Below are positions 1-9,770 of a DNA stretch of 64,000 bases, one piece after another. The stretch spans positions 15,898 through 79,897 of the forward strand of contig JANPLU010000020.1 of the NCBI GenBank assembly GCA_031422435.1, given 5' to 3'. A program made the position numbers and the translations under genes. Position 1 is the first letter of the stretch, and each line of letters begins with the position of its first letter. The notes under the pieces are model-generated. The model saw only the letters and a list, made by a program, of their open reading frames with translations, was not told where the DNA came from and did not search any database. This DNA comes from Acaryochloridaceae cyanobacterium VAR_48_metabat_390 (GTDB lineage: Bacteria; Cyanobacteriota; Cyanobacteriia; Thermosynechococcales; Thermosynechococcaceae).

Positions 1-927
1 CTCTCCAAAATCCTTAAGTGGTCGAGTCACAAGCTCGGCTGTACGGTCTACTACGATATAGCAAATTTTGGGCAACACGGCCTGGGCAAAGGGCATTACT
101 TCCAGCAGCACTTCTGACTGGATCTGCATGGCTGAGTCGGCTGCAGCAAAGTCTTCGGAGTCATCTTCTTCCGAATCATAGTCCTCTTCGTCAAATTCAT
201 CGTCATCATCTTCGCCGCTTTCTTCGTCGTCGGACGTAGCGGCGATCGTAAATGAAGACGTTAAGTTAGCCCCCAAGTCTTCTAAGATGGCGCTCATTTC
301 ATCTTGGGGTGGCGTGACTGTGCGAAGCAGCGGGGGTGCAGCGGCAGAATTAACGCTTGCCTCAAGTCCCTCTCCAGAAGCTTCTTGGGCACGAAGTGCG
401 GCAATCTTATTTAAATTGTCTTCTAGAGAATTACTGCTCCAGCGATGACTGCCGACTACATCCTGATGCTCTTGAAGCTCTTCTCTAACGGGTCGTAGGG
501 TTGGGGGTGCAATCGACCGAGGTGTTGCGACTTCAGTTATGGCTTCGGTTACAGCAGCGGCAGGGGAAGGCTCTACATCATGTTGTAACGGTGCTGGAGC
601 CACTGGAAGGGAGGGCTTAAGAATAAGTTTAGGTTTTTTATCTAAGACGATAACCTTTTCGGGAGCGGGCTGTGGGGGAGCATCTTTTTCTAGAGAGAGT
701 GACTCTAAGACCCCATCAGGGAGAGGAAACGGCAGAGCAGCAGCAACCTGGCTGCTCTCTAGCCTCTCTGCCGCAGGAAGTTCTGAAGCAGCCTGCTTCA
801 GTAAGCGCCGGATGGTCGAAGAACTCACCTGATAGCGCTCTGCTAAACCCAGGATTGTCTCCTGCTGTTGCTCGAAGCAGGAGACAATTTCTTGCTTTTC
901 GAGATCTGACAGTTTGCTCCGAGTCAT
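1..927 (-). CDS. Conserved cyanobacterial protein: N-terminal HTH, acidic low-complexity middle, conserved C-terminal domain (runs off the window start)
   Basis: Not in ORF track because no stop lies in the window. ATG at 927 gives MTRSKLSDLEKQEIVSCFEQQQETILGLAERYQVSSSTIRRLLK (HTH-like). The same frame at the window edge reads LEVMPFAQAVLPKICYIVVDRTAELVTRPLKDFGE. Confidence 0.8.
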   Translation of the reverse strand, partial: MTRSKLSDLEKQEIVSCFEQQQETILGLAERYQVSSSTIRRLLKQAASELPAAERLESSQVAAALPFPLPDGVLESLSLEKDAPPQPAPEKVIVLDKKPKLILKPSLPVAPAPLQHDVEPSPAAAVTEAITEVATPRSIAPPTLRPVREELQEHQDVVGSHRWSSNSLEDNLNKIAALRAQEASGEGLEASVNSAAAPPLLRTVTPPQDEMSAILEDLGANLTSSFTIAATSDDEESGEDDDDEFDEEDYDSEEDDSEDFAAADSAMQIQSEVLLEVMPFAQAVLPKICYIVVDRTAELVTRPLKDFGE

Positions 928-988
928 TTGAACCTATCGTTTTTGAAAAATGCGTGACGGGCTTGCCACACCCTATCGTAGCTTTTGT

Positions 989-1759
989 TCAGTCGGTTTT
1001 TCCGAGTTCTGGGGCAGTTTTCTGATGGGCTGCCCACTCAACTTGGCGTAAGATGCCCCGCAGCATCGCCAATTCTAGTTGAGACAACTGCGATCGCAGT
1101 GCCATTTGTCGAAATTTCTGCATCCGGCTAGCCGCAGTATGAGGGTGAAGGTAGCCAATGTTGAGCAAGACGTTCTCTAGATGCGCTACGTACTGGTTAA
1201 TGGCATCCATGGGCGCAAGATCTAGATCTTCCTGCACGATAGGCCGTTGTGGCGGCAAAACACAGGGGGCTTGGACACTTTGGTACAGCTCATAGCAGCA
1301 CACCGCAACGGCCTGCGCCAAGTTCAGCGACGCATACTCCGCCGAACTAGGAATGCTCACAAACCGCTGGGCGTAGTTCAGCTCGGCATTGGACAGCCCC
1401 CGATCTTCTGGGCCAAAGATGAGCGCTGATGGCAGGTCTAGAAGCCAAGGCAGTGCCTGTCGCGGCTGCTCTAGGGGCACAGTCGAGACAACATCGCGGG
1501 GTCTGGCAGTAGTGGCGATCGCCCTAAAGCACCCTTCTAGCGCCAAAGGCAGCGTCGCAACTTGCTGAGCCGCCTCTAAGATATCTGCCGCATGAACCGC
1601 CATCTGTCGCGCCTCAGCACCCAACGGGTCACAGTGAGGGTTCACTAAAACGAGGTGCCGCAATCCCATGTTTTTCATCACGCGGGCGACAGAACCTACA
1701 TTTAGCGGTCCGGCAGGCTCTACCAAAACAATGCGAATATTATGCAGTCCTGCACCCAT
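989..1759 (-). CDS. trmJ: TrmJ/LasT (SPOUT, TrmH-family) RNA 2'-O-methyltransferase
   Basis: IRIVLVEPAGPLNVGSVARVMKNMG, FGPEDRGLSN and SLNLAQAV SPOUT motifs. Confidence 0.88.
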   Translation of the reverse strand: MGAGLHNIRIVLVEPAGPLNVGSVARVMKNMGLRHLVLVNPHCDPLGAEARQMAVHAADILEAAQQVATLPLALEGCFRAIATTARPRDVVSTVPLEQPRQALPWLLDLPSALIFGPEDRGLSNAELNYAQRFVSIPSSAEYASLNLAQAVAVCCYELYQSVQAPCVLPPQRPIVQEDLDLAPMDAINQYVAHLENVLLNIGYLHPHTAASRMQKFRQMALRSQLSQLELAMLRGILRQVEWAAHQKTAPELGKTD

Positions 1760-1825
1760 GAATCTCTATTGCTAAACCTTTCTGCTCGTTGATTCTATAG
1801 TGATGCAGGTAAGCGATACAAATCG

Positions 1826-3307
1826 CTAAAAGCCGCTGGCTAATGGCTGCAAATCTAATGCTGTCTGCTGTCCCAGAAATTCAGTGAGCCATTCTTTAAC
1901 GTGGTAAGTGGCGCGACAGTCATCTTCGTTGTAGAGCACAATGTCGGTTAAGAGCGTTTCATTGCCTGTCTCTAGCCATTCACTGTACCAGCAGATCGCC
2001 TGAGCGCCGTTAGCGGCACTGTTGCGCCATTCAAACCCTAGCCATCGCGCAATCAGCTTTAGGGTATAGCTTTCAATGGGTAAGACTGCCGTGCGAGTCA
2101 CCCATTCATGCAGGTCAAAAAAGCGGGGCAGCATTGACTGTATAAACCCCTCGGGTGCGCCATAAAGCCTTGCCAGTCGCGTGACGGTTTGAACTTCGTA
2201 GGCACAAAAATGAAAAATAGGTGCATCGGGGTAACGCTGAAATAAAGCCACTAAGTCTTGCCAAGCCTGCATTTCTTCATCGGGCTGTTTGGCTAAAAAC
2301 GGATAAAACTGCTGGTGGTTCTGCTGACGGTCTACCATCAAAACGCCGTGGAGATACACCAAGTCAAGCCCTGGCTCTGCTTCAATATCAAAGTACAGCT
2401 CCACAGCGGCGGTGGGCAGCGCATCAAAATTATTAAAGGCTCTCGCGCTGGTGAGCAGCACAGGCTGCTGATACACAAATGCCTGTGCCTGAGACACGAG
2501 CTTACTCGAAATTTCATGGCCTAAACCCGTTTTGGCATGAAGGTGAATCGGGTCGGTTTTGGCTAAAATTTCGGCTGTGGCAAGGTTTTGCGCTTGTAAT
2601 ACCGGATAGCGTGTAGGAGTAACGCCGGGCAAAAGCGAAAGGTGATTTTGAGACTGGGCGATCGCATAGCAGTGGTCAAACCAAACGCACATGCTGCACC
2701 GATTGCGCGCAATAAAGACTTCTGGCTCTTGACGATAGAGCAGCATCTGCAATAGCTCATCGCGCAACGCCTCCATTTGAGGCATTACCTTGGGCAAATC
2801 AATGGCATACCAACCCTTATCTTTGAGATACAGCCAAGCTACCTCGGCTGGCACCTGTTGCACTGTCGCTAGCACATCCGCCCCAAAAGCACTTAGGATT
2901 TGATATTCCAGCTTAGGGCGCTTGCTCAGCTTTACATCTACAGGTACATAGAGCCAATCCCCCCATACAGAAACCCCAGACCTGCGTATCAACAAATCTG
3001 GGGTACTTACAAAACTGTATTGGTCTGCCCTCGGACTCATCAAAACGCCCTTCCGGATAACGGATACACCTTGGCGCATGAGATCTACCGTTGCAAGACT
3101 CCCAGCGTTCCAGTCATGATAGAGATACTCTGGCTGGGCAATAGTCTGGTCAAACGTAAGGCTGTCCTGAAATCGCTGTTTGTCCTGCCCTAGCTTTAGC
3201 AAAAAGTCATTCACTGAACCGCGAACGCTTTTTTCGCCATACATCTCTAAAAATGCTTGTCGATGGCAGCGTTGAAAATTAAGCAGCAGTTGATCGGTGA
3301 GCAGCAT
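1826..3307 (-). CDS. TM0106-family RecB-like nuclease with C-terminal RNase H-like domain
   Basis: PD-(D/E)xK core (PDLL...DVKLSK), Cys cluster CSMCVWFDHC, RNase-H-like YFDIE...YNEDDC. Confidence 0.85.
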   Translation of the reverse strand: MLLTDQLLLNFQRCHRQAFLEMYGEKSVRGSVNDFLLKLGQDKQRFQDSLTFDQTIAQPEYLYHDWNAGSLATVDLMRQGVSVIRKGVLMSPRADQYSFVSTPDLLIRRSGVSVWGDWLYVPVDVKLSKRPKLEYQILSAFGADVLATVQQVPAEVAWLYLKDKGWYAIDLPKVMPQMEALRDELLQMLLYRQEPEVFIARNRCSMCVWFDHCYAIAQSQNHLSLLPGVTPTRYPVLQAQNLATAEILAKTDPIHLHAKTGLGHEISSKLVSQAQAFVYQQPVLLTSARAFNNFDALPTAAVELYFDIEAEPGLDLVYLHGVLMVDRQQNHQQFYPFLAKQPDEEMQAWQDLVALFQRYPDAPIFHFCAYEVQTVTRLARLYGAPEGFIQSMLPRFFDLHEWVTRTAVLPIESYTLKLIARWLGFEWRNSAANGAQAICWYSEWLETGNETLLTDIVLYNEDDCRATYHVKEWLTEFLGQQTALDLQPLASGF

Positions 3308-3503
3308 GCTGAATCGGTCATAGAACCTACAGGCATCTTAACAAAACATTCCATTGTTCGATCAAGTTGGCGTATCACCGTTGCCCCGTCGTGATAGTGA
3401 TATGCCACTCGTTTGTTTTGCTTAGTAAAGAAATGAGTTGCGTTCAAAGATCAAGGGCACTCTCTAAGCAGTTGTCACCTTCCCCTACGCGCAGGGTATT
3501 GGT

Positions 3504-3707
3504 ATGAAATCAATTACGTTACGGAAGCTTTGGTCTATCGTGGAAGAAACTCAAACACCTATTCTGCTTGGGCTAAATGATACAGACTTAATCCAGCAGC
3601 TCCTTCAACAAATTCAGAGTAAGTATCGCCTGAGCACAGAAGAAATGCAGTTGGTGCAGCGCTACTTGGGCGATCGCCTTTCTCTCATCCGCGATATGGC
3701 CCACTGA
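3504..3707 (+). CDS. Small conserved cyanobacterial hypothetical protein (paralog of 3888-4109)
   Basis: 67 aa; shares W..VE.TQ..LL.L.D..L...L..Q......L..EE......Y...RL.LIR with the next ORF. Confidence 0.75.
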   Translation: MKSITLRKLWSIVEETQTPILLGLNDTDLIQQLLQQIQSKYRLSTEEMQLVQRYLGDRLSLIRDMAH

Positions 3708-3887
3708 ATGGGCGATCCAAGCCTGCGTCACCCCGACAGGAAGCGAGAATCTGCGTAAAGGTTAGTAGACGAAAGTAGAGAAACTTAAGCTTTCTGTAAC
3801 TTTTGTTGCATCTTTCTCCAGGACTCTCTGACATAGATATAGATTAAGTATGATTGAAACATAAAGAAAACCTTAAGAGTATTCCCT

Positions 3888-4109
3888 ATGACACCAACCA
3901 TCCTTCACCAGTTCTGGGCTTTCATCGAAAACACTCAGGCCACCACACTCTTGAATTTAGATGACGCAACCCTCGTGGGGTGGCTGATTGGACAGTTTCA
4001 GCGGCAAACCGTTTTGAATACTGAAGAAACCCAAAAGCTCAATACCTATATTTCTGGCCGTCTGCCTCTCATTCGTGAATTAGCAGAAGACAGAAGCCCC
4101 GCCTATTAA
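3888..4109 (+). CDS. Small conserved cyanobacterial hypothetical protein (paralog of 3504-3707)
   Basis: 73 aa; same motif pattern as the upstream ORF. Confidence 0.75.
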   Translation: MTPTILHQFWAFIENTQATTLLNLDDATLVGWLIGQFQRQTVLNTEETQKLNTYISGRLPLIRELAEDRSPAY

Positions 4110-4428
4110 GAATCGTTGTTAGGTCAAGATATTTATAGAGACTGACTTTGAGTACCCAATTGAAAATATTTAGGGTTTTCCTTAGTCTGCCGCCATGGCT
4201 GTCTCACCTCACGTTTTTACATTGCTTTAATGGCTTTGATGGGGCTTGTTTCCCTTCACTAATAGACTGACGCGTCATTTAGGCTGTTACTGATCAAATT
4301 TATCCTACGGCTCTGATGAATTCTAGACACGGGCGAATCATTTATCTCTACAGTTTTAAGATATCTGTCTAAATCACATCCTAATTTTCACTCAGCGTTC
4401 TGAGCACAAGTTTTTCCATCGTTTTGTT

Positions 4429-4478
4429 ATTAAACCCCCTCGAAATGCTTTTGAAACAGCATTTCGAGGGGGTTTAAT
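4429..4478. terminator. Strong inverted repeat, probable bidirectional terminator downstream of sigA
   Basis: Perfect 21-bp stem ATTAAACCCCCTCGAAATGCT / AGCATTTCGAGGGGGTTTAAT between convergent genes. Confidence 0.85.
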
Positions 4479-4509
4479 TTAAGTCCGCAATTTTTAGCTC
4501 GGCTATACT

Positions 4510-5652
4510 TTAGCGAATATATTCTTTGAGGACGCTGTTGCGGTTAGGATGGCGCAGTTTGCGAAGTGCTTTCGCCTCAATTTGACGGATGCGCTCACGG
4601 GTGACGTTAAAGATTTGTCCAATTTCTTCTAAGGTTTTCATCCGACCATCATCTAGGCCGTAACGCAGCTTTAGTACGTCGCGTTCGCGGGGACTAAGGG
4701 TGTCTAAAACGCTCTCTAAATCTTCGCGCAAAAGATTTTTAGAAACCTGATCTTCAGGGGTTTCACCATCGGATTCAATAAAGTCGCCGAGGCGTGAATC
4801 TTCTTCTTTCCCAATGGGAGTTTCTAAAGAGATGGGGAGCTGAGCCGATTTTGCAATAAACCGCAGCTTCTCAATGGTCATCTCCATTCGAGTGGCGATT
4901 TCTTCTTCGGTGGGTTTGCGACCCATTTCTTGAGACAGCAGCTTGGTTGTCTTTTTAATGCGAGAGATGGTTTCGTAAAGGTGAACCGGAAGCCGAATGG
5001 TGCGTGACTGATCGGCGATCGCCCGCGTAATGGCCTGACGAATCCACCAGGTGGCGTAGGTCGAAAACTTGTAGCCTTTCTCGTGGTCAAACTTCTCGGC
5101 GGCGCGAATTAGCCCTAAGCTGCCTTCTTGAATGAGATCTTGAAAAGACAGACCTCGGTTCATATACTTCTTGGCGATCGACACCACCAGTCTTAGGTTA
5201 GACTGCACCATTTTGTCTTTAGCGCGTCGGCCGACGTGAAGACGGTGACGGAACGGGTGAAGCGTCATGCCAACGGCTTCGCCCCATTCGGCATCTAGGG
5301 GTTCGCGGTCTAGCTTCTCAACGAGATCGTCATAAACGCGCTCTAGCTCTAGTAGATCCGCAATTTTACGCGCTAGCTCAATTTCTTCATCGGCGCGAAG
5401 AAGGCGGATTCGACCAATTTCTTGGAGATAGAGCCGAATAGAATCTTCTGTGTAGTGCTTTTTCTTGGCAACACCGCGCTTGCGAGCAGCACCCTTTGTT
5501 TTTTCAGCCTTTTCTTCATCTTCTGTATCGGCATCATCGGGCTGAAAATCTTCGTCCTCGGCATCGTCCTCCGCAACTTCGCCCAACAGCAGCGTTTCTA
5601 GTTCGCTTGGGGGTGCTTTGACAGATTCTAATACAGTACTAGCTTTGGTCAT
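4510..5652 (-). CDS. sigA: Group 1 RNA polymerase sigma factor RpoD/SigA
   Basis: [67 protein letters not shown]. Confidence 0.97.
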   Translation of the reverse strand: MTKASTVLESVKAPPSELETLLLGEVAEDDAEDEDFQPDDADTEDEEKAEKTKGAARKRGVAKKKHYTEDSIRLYLQEIGRIRLLRADEEIELARKIADLLELERVYDDLVEKLDREPLDAEWGEAVGMTLHPFRHRLHVGRRAKDKMVQSNLRLVVSIAKKYMNRGLSFQDLIQEGSLGLIRAAEKFDHEKGYKFSTYATWWIRQAITRAIADQSRTIRLPVHLYETISRIKKTTKLLSQEMGRKPTEEEIATRMEMTIEKLRFIAKSAQLPISLETPIGKEEDSRLGDFIESDGETPEDQVSKNLLREDLESVLDTLSPRERDVLKLRYGLDDGRMKTLEEIGQIFNVTRERIRQIEAKALRKLRHPNRNSVLKEYIR

Positions 5653-5996
5653 GCCGAATTCCTCATACTCCCTGGTAAGTGAAAAGGAGAAGTTTATATG
5701 GTCAAAAAAGGTGTGGCTTTACTTTGGATTAAGCCGGATCGTCTAAAAAGTAGGGCAGATGTGAAGTAGCGCTCTCTAAACAATTTAATGAGTCTAGAGG
5801 GTGTTCACCATCTACTTAAAAAACAGTCATAAAGTAGAGCAGTAACTACCTTTACCCATGACGTAAACGATTGTAGCCTCTCTTACAGATTTTGGCTGTA
5901 GACTTGCTAGGTTTCATGGACATTATGGCGCAGTCTTTAAAAGTCATGCACCAAAACTCTGGGCAAATGTTAACTTAGCTTAAGCAATGTCAAGAT

Positions 5997-7529
5997 TTAC
6001 TCTAAATCTTCTCTTTTTTGGGTGTTTTTAAGCGAACTGGCATTGGCATTCTTGGGCGATGTAGGTAGTGAAACGGAGAAGATGCTGCCTTCGTTTGGCG
6101 CTGATTGTACTGCTACGGTTCCACCCATCCCCTCGATAAAGGTTTTAACCAGGGCTAAACCGAGTCCGGTGCCCCCGCTGCGATGACGGGATTCATCTAC
6201 GCGGTAAAATCGCTCAAAAATGCGGGATTGATGTTTAAGTGCGATGCCAGAGCCGCGATCGCATACATGAATCAGGGCGTAGGGCCGCTGCTGCTCGAGC
6301 CGAATGGTAATGGGGGACTTGGCGCTGGCATACTTGATGGCATTCTCAACCAAATTGATCAGAACCTGCTTAAGGCGATGCGGATCAGCATAGACCGGAA
6401 CCAGTTCTGATGCCTCTAGCGTCACCGTATGATGATTAACCTGCTCCACCAGCTTAATGACGTCTGCCACGATGTCGTTGAGTACAAATAGTTCAGGTTG
6501 ATAGGTCATATAGCCATCATCAGCGCGAGCGAGGTCGAGTAAATCTTTTAAGATCCGAATGGTGTGGTCGGTTTCAGAAGAAGCAATGCTGAGCGCTTCT
6601 TGCTGAGTATCAGTTAGGTTTTGTCCCCGTCGTCGCAGGCTATCTAAATAACCCCGCACGATGGTGAGGGGGGTACGCAACTCATGGGAAACGTTGCTCA
6701 CAAACTGCCTTTGCTGCTCAGCGACGGTACGCTGCTGTTGCCAAGCCTCAGAGAGCCGATGCAGCAGCATATTAAAGGTGTTGACCAGCTCCTGCACTTC
6801 TTGAGGGGCGCGAGGTACCGTAATGGGCTGTTCGCCCAAATCTTCTACCGAAATAGCCTGGGTCATTTGGCTGACTTGCCGCAGGGGTAGCAGCAGCCGT
6901 CTGGCTTCATAGGCAATGAGCAGAATGAGTAAAATGAGTGCGGTTAGGTTGCCCCCAATGAGGCTACGAGTGAGCTGATCAAATTTAGTCTGGTCTTCAG
7001 TGAGATCGTGGATTAAATACAGCGTCCCGATGGGCATCTGGCGCACCATCAGCGGACTGGAGCAGGTAATAAAGTCATACCCCTGCACTTGGTAGCTTTG
7101 AGGAATGCTGCTGATTGACAGCTGACTTACTAATTGTTGAAACAGCAGTGCATCAAGCTGGGGTTTTTGAATATCTAGGGGTTCTTTAACCACCAGCTTT
7201 TCGTCTCGGCGCTTCACGCCAATCCAGAGGTTATTGGCCGCACGGTTTTTGAGGGCTTTTTGAATGCTTTCCTCTAGAGGAAACATCTCTCGATACAGGA
7301 CAACATCTTCTTCGATCCGTTTTGCAGTTTCTTGGAGCGCCTGCTTATGGCTGGCGGTCAGAATATCTTGAGTTTTCCAGCAGGTCCAAAGGGTGACGGT
7401 GCTAAGCCCAACGGTAATGATGGCGGCAATGCGAAGGGTAAGGGTAAGCTGAAGCGATTGCGGTTGCGCCAAATTCTTCACCAGTCTGCGAGAGATGGCT
7501 TGGATTTGGACTGAGGAAGACAACCGCAT
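5997..7529 (-). CDS. manS: Membrane sensor histidine kinase (2 TM, HAMP, HisKA, HATPase), probably the Mn sensor ManS/Hik27
   Basis: FVSNVSHELRTPL H-box, NLVENAIKY, GTGLGL. Periplasmic segment (WTCWKTQDILTASHK...DVVLYREM) recalls cyanobacterial ManS. The kinase call is firm; the gene name is less certain. Confidence 0.65.
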   Translation of the reverse strand: MRLSSSVQIQAISRRLVKNLAQPQSLQLTLTLRIAAIITVGLSTVTLWTCWKTQDILTASHKQALQETAKRIEEDVVLYREMFPLEESIQKALKNRAANNLWIGVKRRDEKLVVKEPLDIQKPQLDALLFQQLVSQLSISSIPQSYQVQGYDFITCSSPLMVRQMPIGTLYLIHDLTEDQTKFDQLTRSLIGGNLTALILLILLIAYEARRLLLPLRQVSQMTQAISVEDLGEQPITVPRAPQEVQELVNTFNMLLHRLSEAWQQQRTVAEQQRQFVSNVSHELRTPLTIVRGYLDSLRRRGQNLTDTQQEALSIASSETDHTIRILKDLLDLARADDGYMTYQPELFVLNDIVADVIKLVEQVNHHTVTLEASELVPVYADPHRLKQVLINLVENAIKYASAKSPITIRLEQQRPYALIHVCDRGSGIALKHQSRIFERFYRVDESRHRSGGTGLGLALVKTFIEGMGGTVAVQSAPNEGSIFSVSLPTSPKNANASSLKNTQKREDLE

Positions 7530-7676
7530 GGTTTAGCTTTAGCTCAAGATGATATGACCCTTCTCTAAAGTTTTAGACGAATTTGTGGGCTTCAGGATGA
7601 TGAAGCGCTAACTGCTAGATAAGTTTTAGCTGAGAAGTTCGATCTGCTCAAGCTGTGGTGGCAGTCTCAATCAATG

Positions 7677-8843
7677 CTAGTTTTGCGGTGAGGGCTGTAG
7701 AATCTGCTGCTGAATTAGCTGATCGATCAGGGTTGTGAGGTGTGAATGCAGATTGTCGCCAGGGTACTGCGGAGATAGCTGGGCGATCGCCGCTTCCAAT
7801 CCCTCCATTTTCAAAATTACCCGCCAAAACGCCGCTGCTTTACCGGACAACCCAAAGGTTTCTCCGGTCGGTAGGTGCCCAATCAATATCTGACCATTGA
7901 GTTCTCCAAAAACAATATTTTCAGTGGGCTGTAGCCAGCCCTGCACCGTCGGCTGTACCTGCATGGGTAAAGTCGTGCCGATGGATGGACGGTTTTTGAG
8001 GCAGACCTCAGACGGTAAAATATGCCAGCTTTGCTCTAGGCTCGTCGTTGAAGGGTTCCACAGCAGATGGTCAGGTTCATTCCAGGGGAAGCAGATATAG
8101 TCTGGTAGCCCTAGCCAATACCGATGCCCTGCCAAACGCGCTTGGTTCTGAGTTTGCCAGGTTGTGTAGTTAGCCCCCATTGTTGTAGGGCCGTGGTCAT
8201 AGAGGTCTTGACCGCTCAGGCATTGGATGACGGTCGGTTCACGGATGGCGATCGCCGTTCTCAGATCCGGATGGGAATAAAGGGTTGCAAACACTAGTGC
8301 CTGCTGGGGATATTGCTGAAGCACACGGTAAAACCGAGAGCCGCTAAGGGCGCAGTCATCCACAATGACGACAGGCGTATCACTGGGTTCAGACACATTA
8401 AGCTGTTCAGCGCGTAGATCCAGCATGTAAGACAGCATACCTAACACAATCAGTCCACCCCTTGGCACGCCATAGAACTGAAATTCCCGTAGGGCTTTCG
8501 ACCCAAACGTGGTCTTTAATTGGTTAGCCAACTGCTCACAGGCCTTAGTTGCTTCGGCATAGGTGATATATCGCAGTCGCCCACAGGCTTGGTTTAGAAA
8601 CGGAGCCTGAAGGCTAATTTGCCCTAATACTTTGGCAGAGAACGTTCCTAAGATTGCCAAAACGGGAGTTGGCGCGGCACGAATAATCCCAAGGCACTGG
8701 GGAACTTCTTGCCAAAGAGGATGAAGGGCGATCGCTGCCGCAACATAATGCAGTGACTGCTCTAGCGTTGCTAGCCCTAGCTGCTGCCCGTAATGGAGCA
8801 GCGCGTCTTTTTCAAAGGGCAGCGTGTAGCAGCGATAGGTCAT
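7677..8843 (-). CDS. Type I phosphoribosyltransferase-like protein with C-terminal PqqD/RRE-like domain
   Basis: GVPRGG loop and VVIVDDCALSGSRF PRPP-binding-type loop. Last ~85 aa (IVFGELNGQILIGHLPTGETFGLSGKAAAFWRVI...AIAQLSPQY...LTTLIDQLIQQQIL) fit the PqqD 3-strand/3-helix pattern. Confidence 0.7.
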   Translation of the reverse strand: MTYRCYTLPFEKDALLHYGQQLGLATLEQSLHYVAAAIALHPLWQEVPQCLGIIRAAPTPVLAILGTFSAKVLGQISLQAPFLNQACGRLRYITYAEATKACEQLANQLKTTFGSKALREFQFYGVPRGGLIVLGMLSYMLDLRAEQLNVSEPSDTPVVIVDDCALSGSRFYRVLQQYPQQALVFATLYSHPDLRTAIAIREPTVIQCLSGQDLYDHGPTTMGANYTTWQTQNQARLAGHRYWLGLPDYICFPWNEPDHLLWNPSTTSLEQSWHILPSEVCLKNRPSIGTTLPMQVQPTVQGWLQPTENIVFGELNGQILIGHLPTGETFGLSGKAAAFWRVILKMEGLEAAIAQLSPQYPGDNLHSHLTTLIDQLIQQQILQPSPQN

Positions 8844-8846
8844 CGG

Positions 8847-9770
8847 TTAAGTAAGACCAACACAGCCTAGATTATGGGGTGCTAAATAAGATTCGATAAA
8901 CGTAATCAGTTGAGGGAGTTGTTCAAGAGAACGCGGTCTTTGCAGATAGGCCATAGGGATTTCTTTGGCTAAACGGCTGCACTGATGAAAGTGCTGTACC
9001 CGACAGTTTTGGTCATAGAGCATTTTAGTGGCACGTGAATGCTGAATGAGTTCTGGAAATGCCTGGGTGCGCGATAAAGGCTGAATCTGGTTAAAGTCCC
9101 CCCCTTGCAGGACAAAGAGATGCTTTAAGGGGACTGGCATTTGGGCAAACCGAGTTTCTAACCGCTGAATTTGTTTATGGCTTAGCGAATGCAGCAGCGG
9201 CATTGCGTCAGTCTGGGCACCCACTGCCATCATTGCATCGGGCAACAGCTTTACTTCAGGAAAACTCGGCACCACTTGAGGGGTGGCAGTATCTAAACAC
9301 AGCGCCATAACGTCATCGGTGATTAGCCGATAGCCCCGCTGGTGAAAAGCCGAGGCCAGAGTAGACTTGCCCCAGCCACTGCCGCCGAGAAAGGCGATAG
9401 CTCCGCACCAAGAGTCCGCTCCGCATTTAGAGTCCGCCATATCCTCACGCGCCACACAGCTTGCATGAAGCACCATCAGCCCTCGCTGCCGCAGCACAAA
9501 CGCCATTGCAGTGCCCAAAACGTAGGCTCTCATCACCGCCCGATCCGTTTCTAAAGGTGCATCTATGATCACTTCGCACCCGTCGCGAATGAGTAGCTTT
9601 ACGTTGAGCGGCAGGTCAATCAAAATTTGATTGCTGAGGTCAGGCTCTGCTGCAACCTGATGGAGTGAGTCAAACCGAACCACAATATCTGGCGGTTCAG
9701 AATCTAAGACAGGCTGCAAAAGCGGCAGTTCTGACTGTATGCGTAAACCGTAGGCAAAAGAGGTGTACAT
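8847..9770 (-). CDS. HPr kinase-like P-loop kinase (lasso-peptide kinase type)
   Basis: AYGLRIQSELPL N-terminus, LHASCV, Walker A GGSGWGKSTLA, LITDD. Confidence 0.85.
   Translation of the reverse strand: MYTSFAYGLRIQSELPLLQPVLDSEPPDIVVRFDSLHQVAAEPDLSNQILIDLPLNVKLLIRDGCEVIIDAPLETDRAVMRAYVLGTAMAFVLRQRGLMVLHASCVAREDMADSKCGADSWCGAIAFLGGSGWGKSTLASAFHQRGYRLITDDVMALCLDTATPQVVPSFPEVKLLPDAMMAVGAQTDAMPLLHSLSHKQIQRLETRFAQMPVPLKHLFVLQGGDFNQIQPLSRTQAFPELIQHSRATKMLYDQNCRVQHFHQCSRLAKEIPMAYLQRPRSLEQLPQLITFIESYLAPHNLGCVGLT

Noticed and set aside
1826..3307. RecB/Cas4-like nuclease as a sign of CRISPR
   Set aside because: No repeat-spacer array or other cas genes seen in the window; TM0106 family is common stand-alone.
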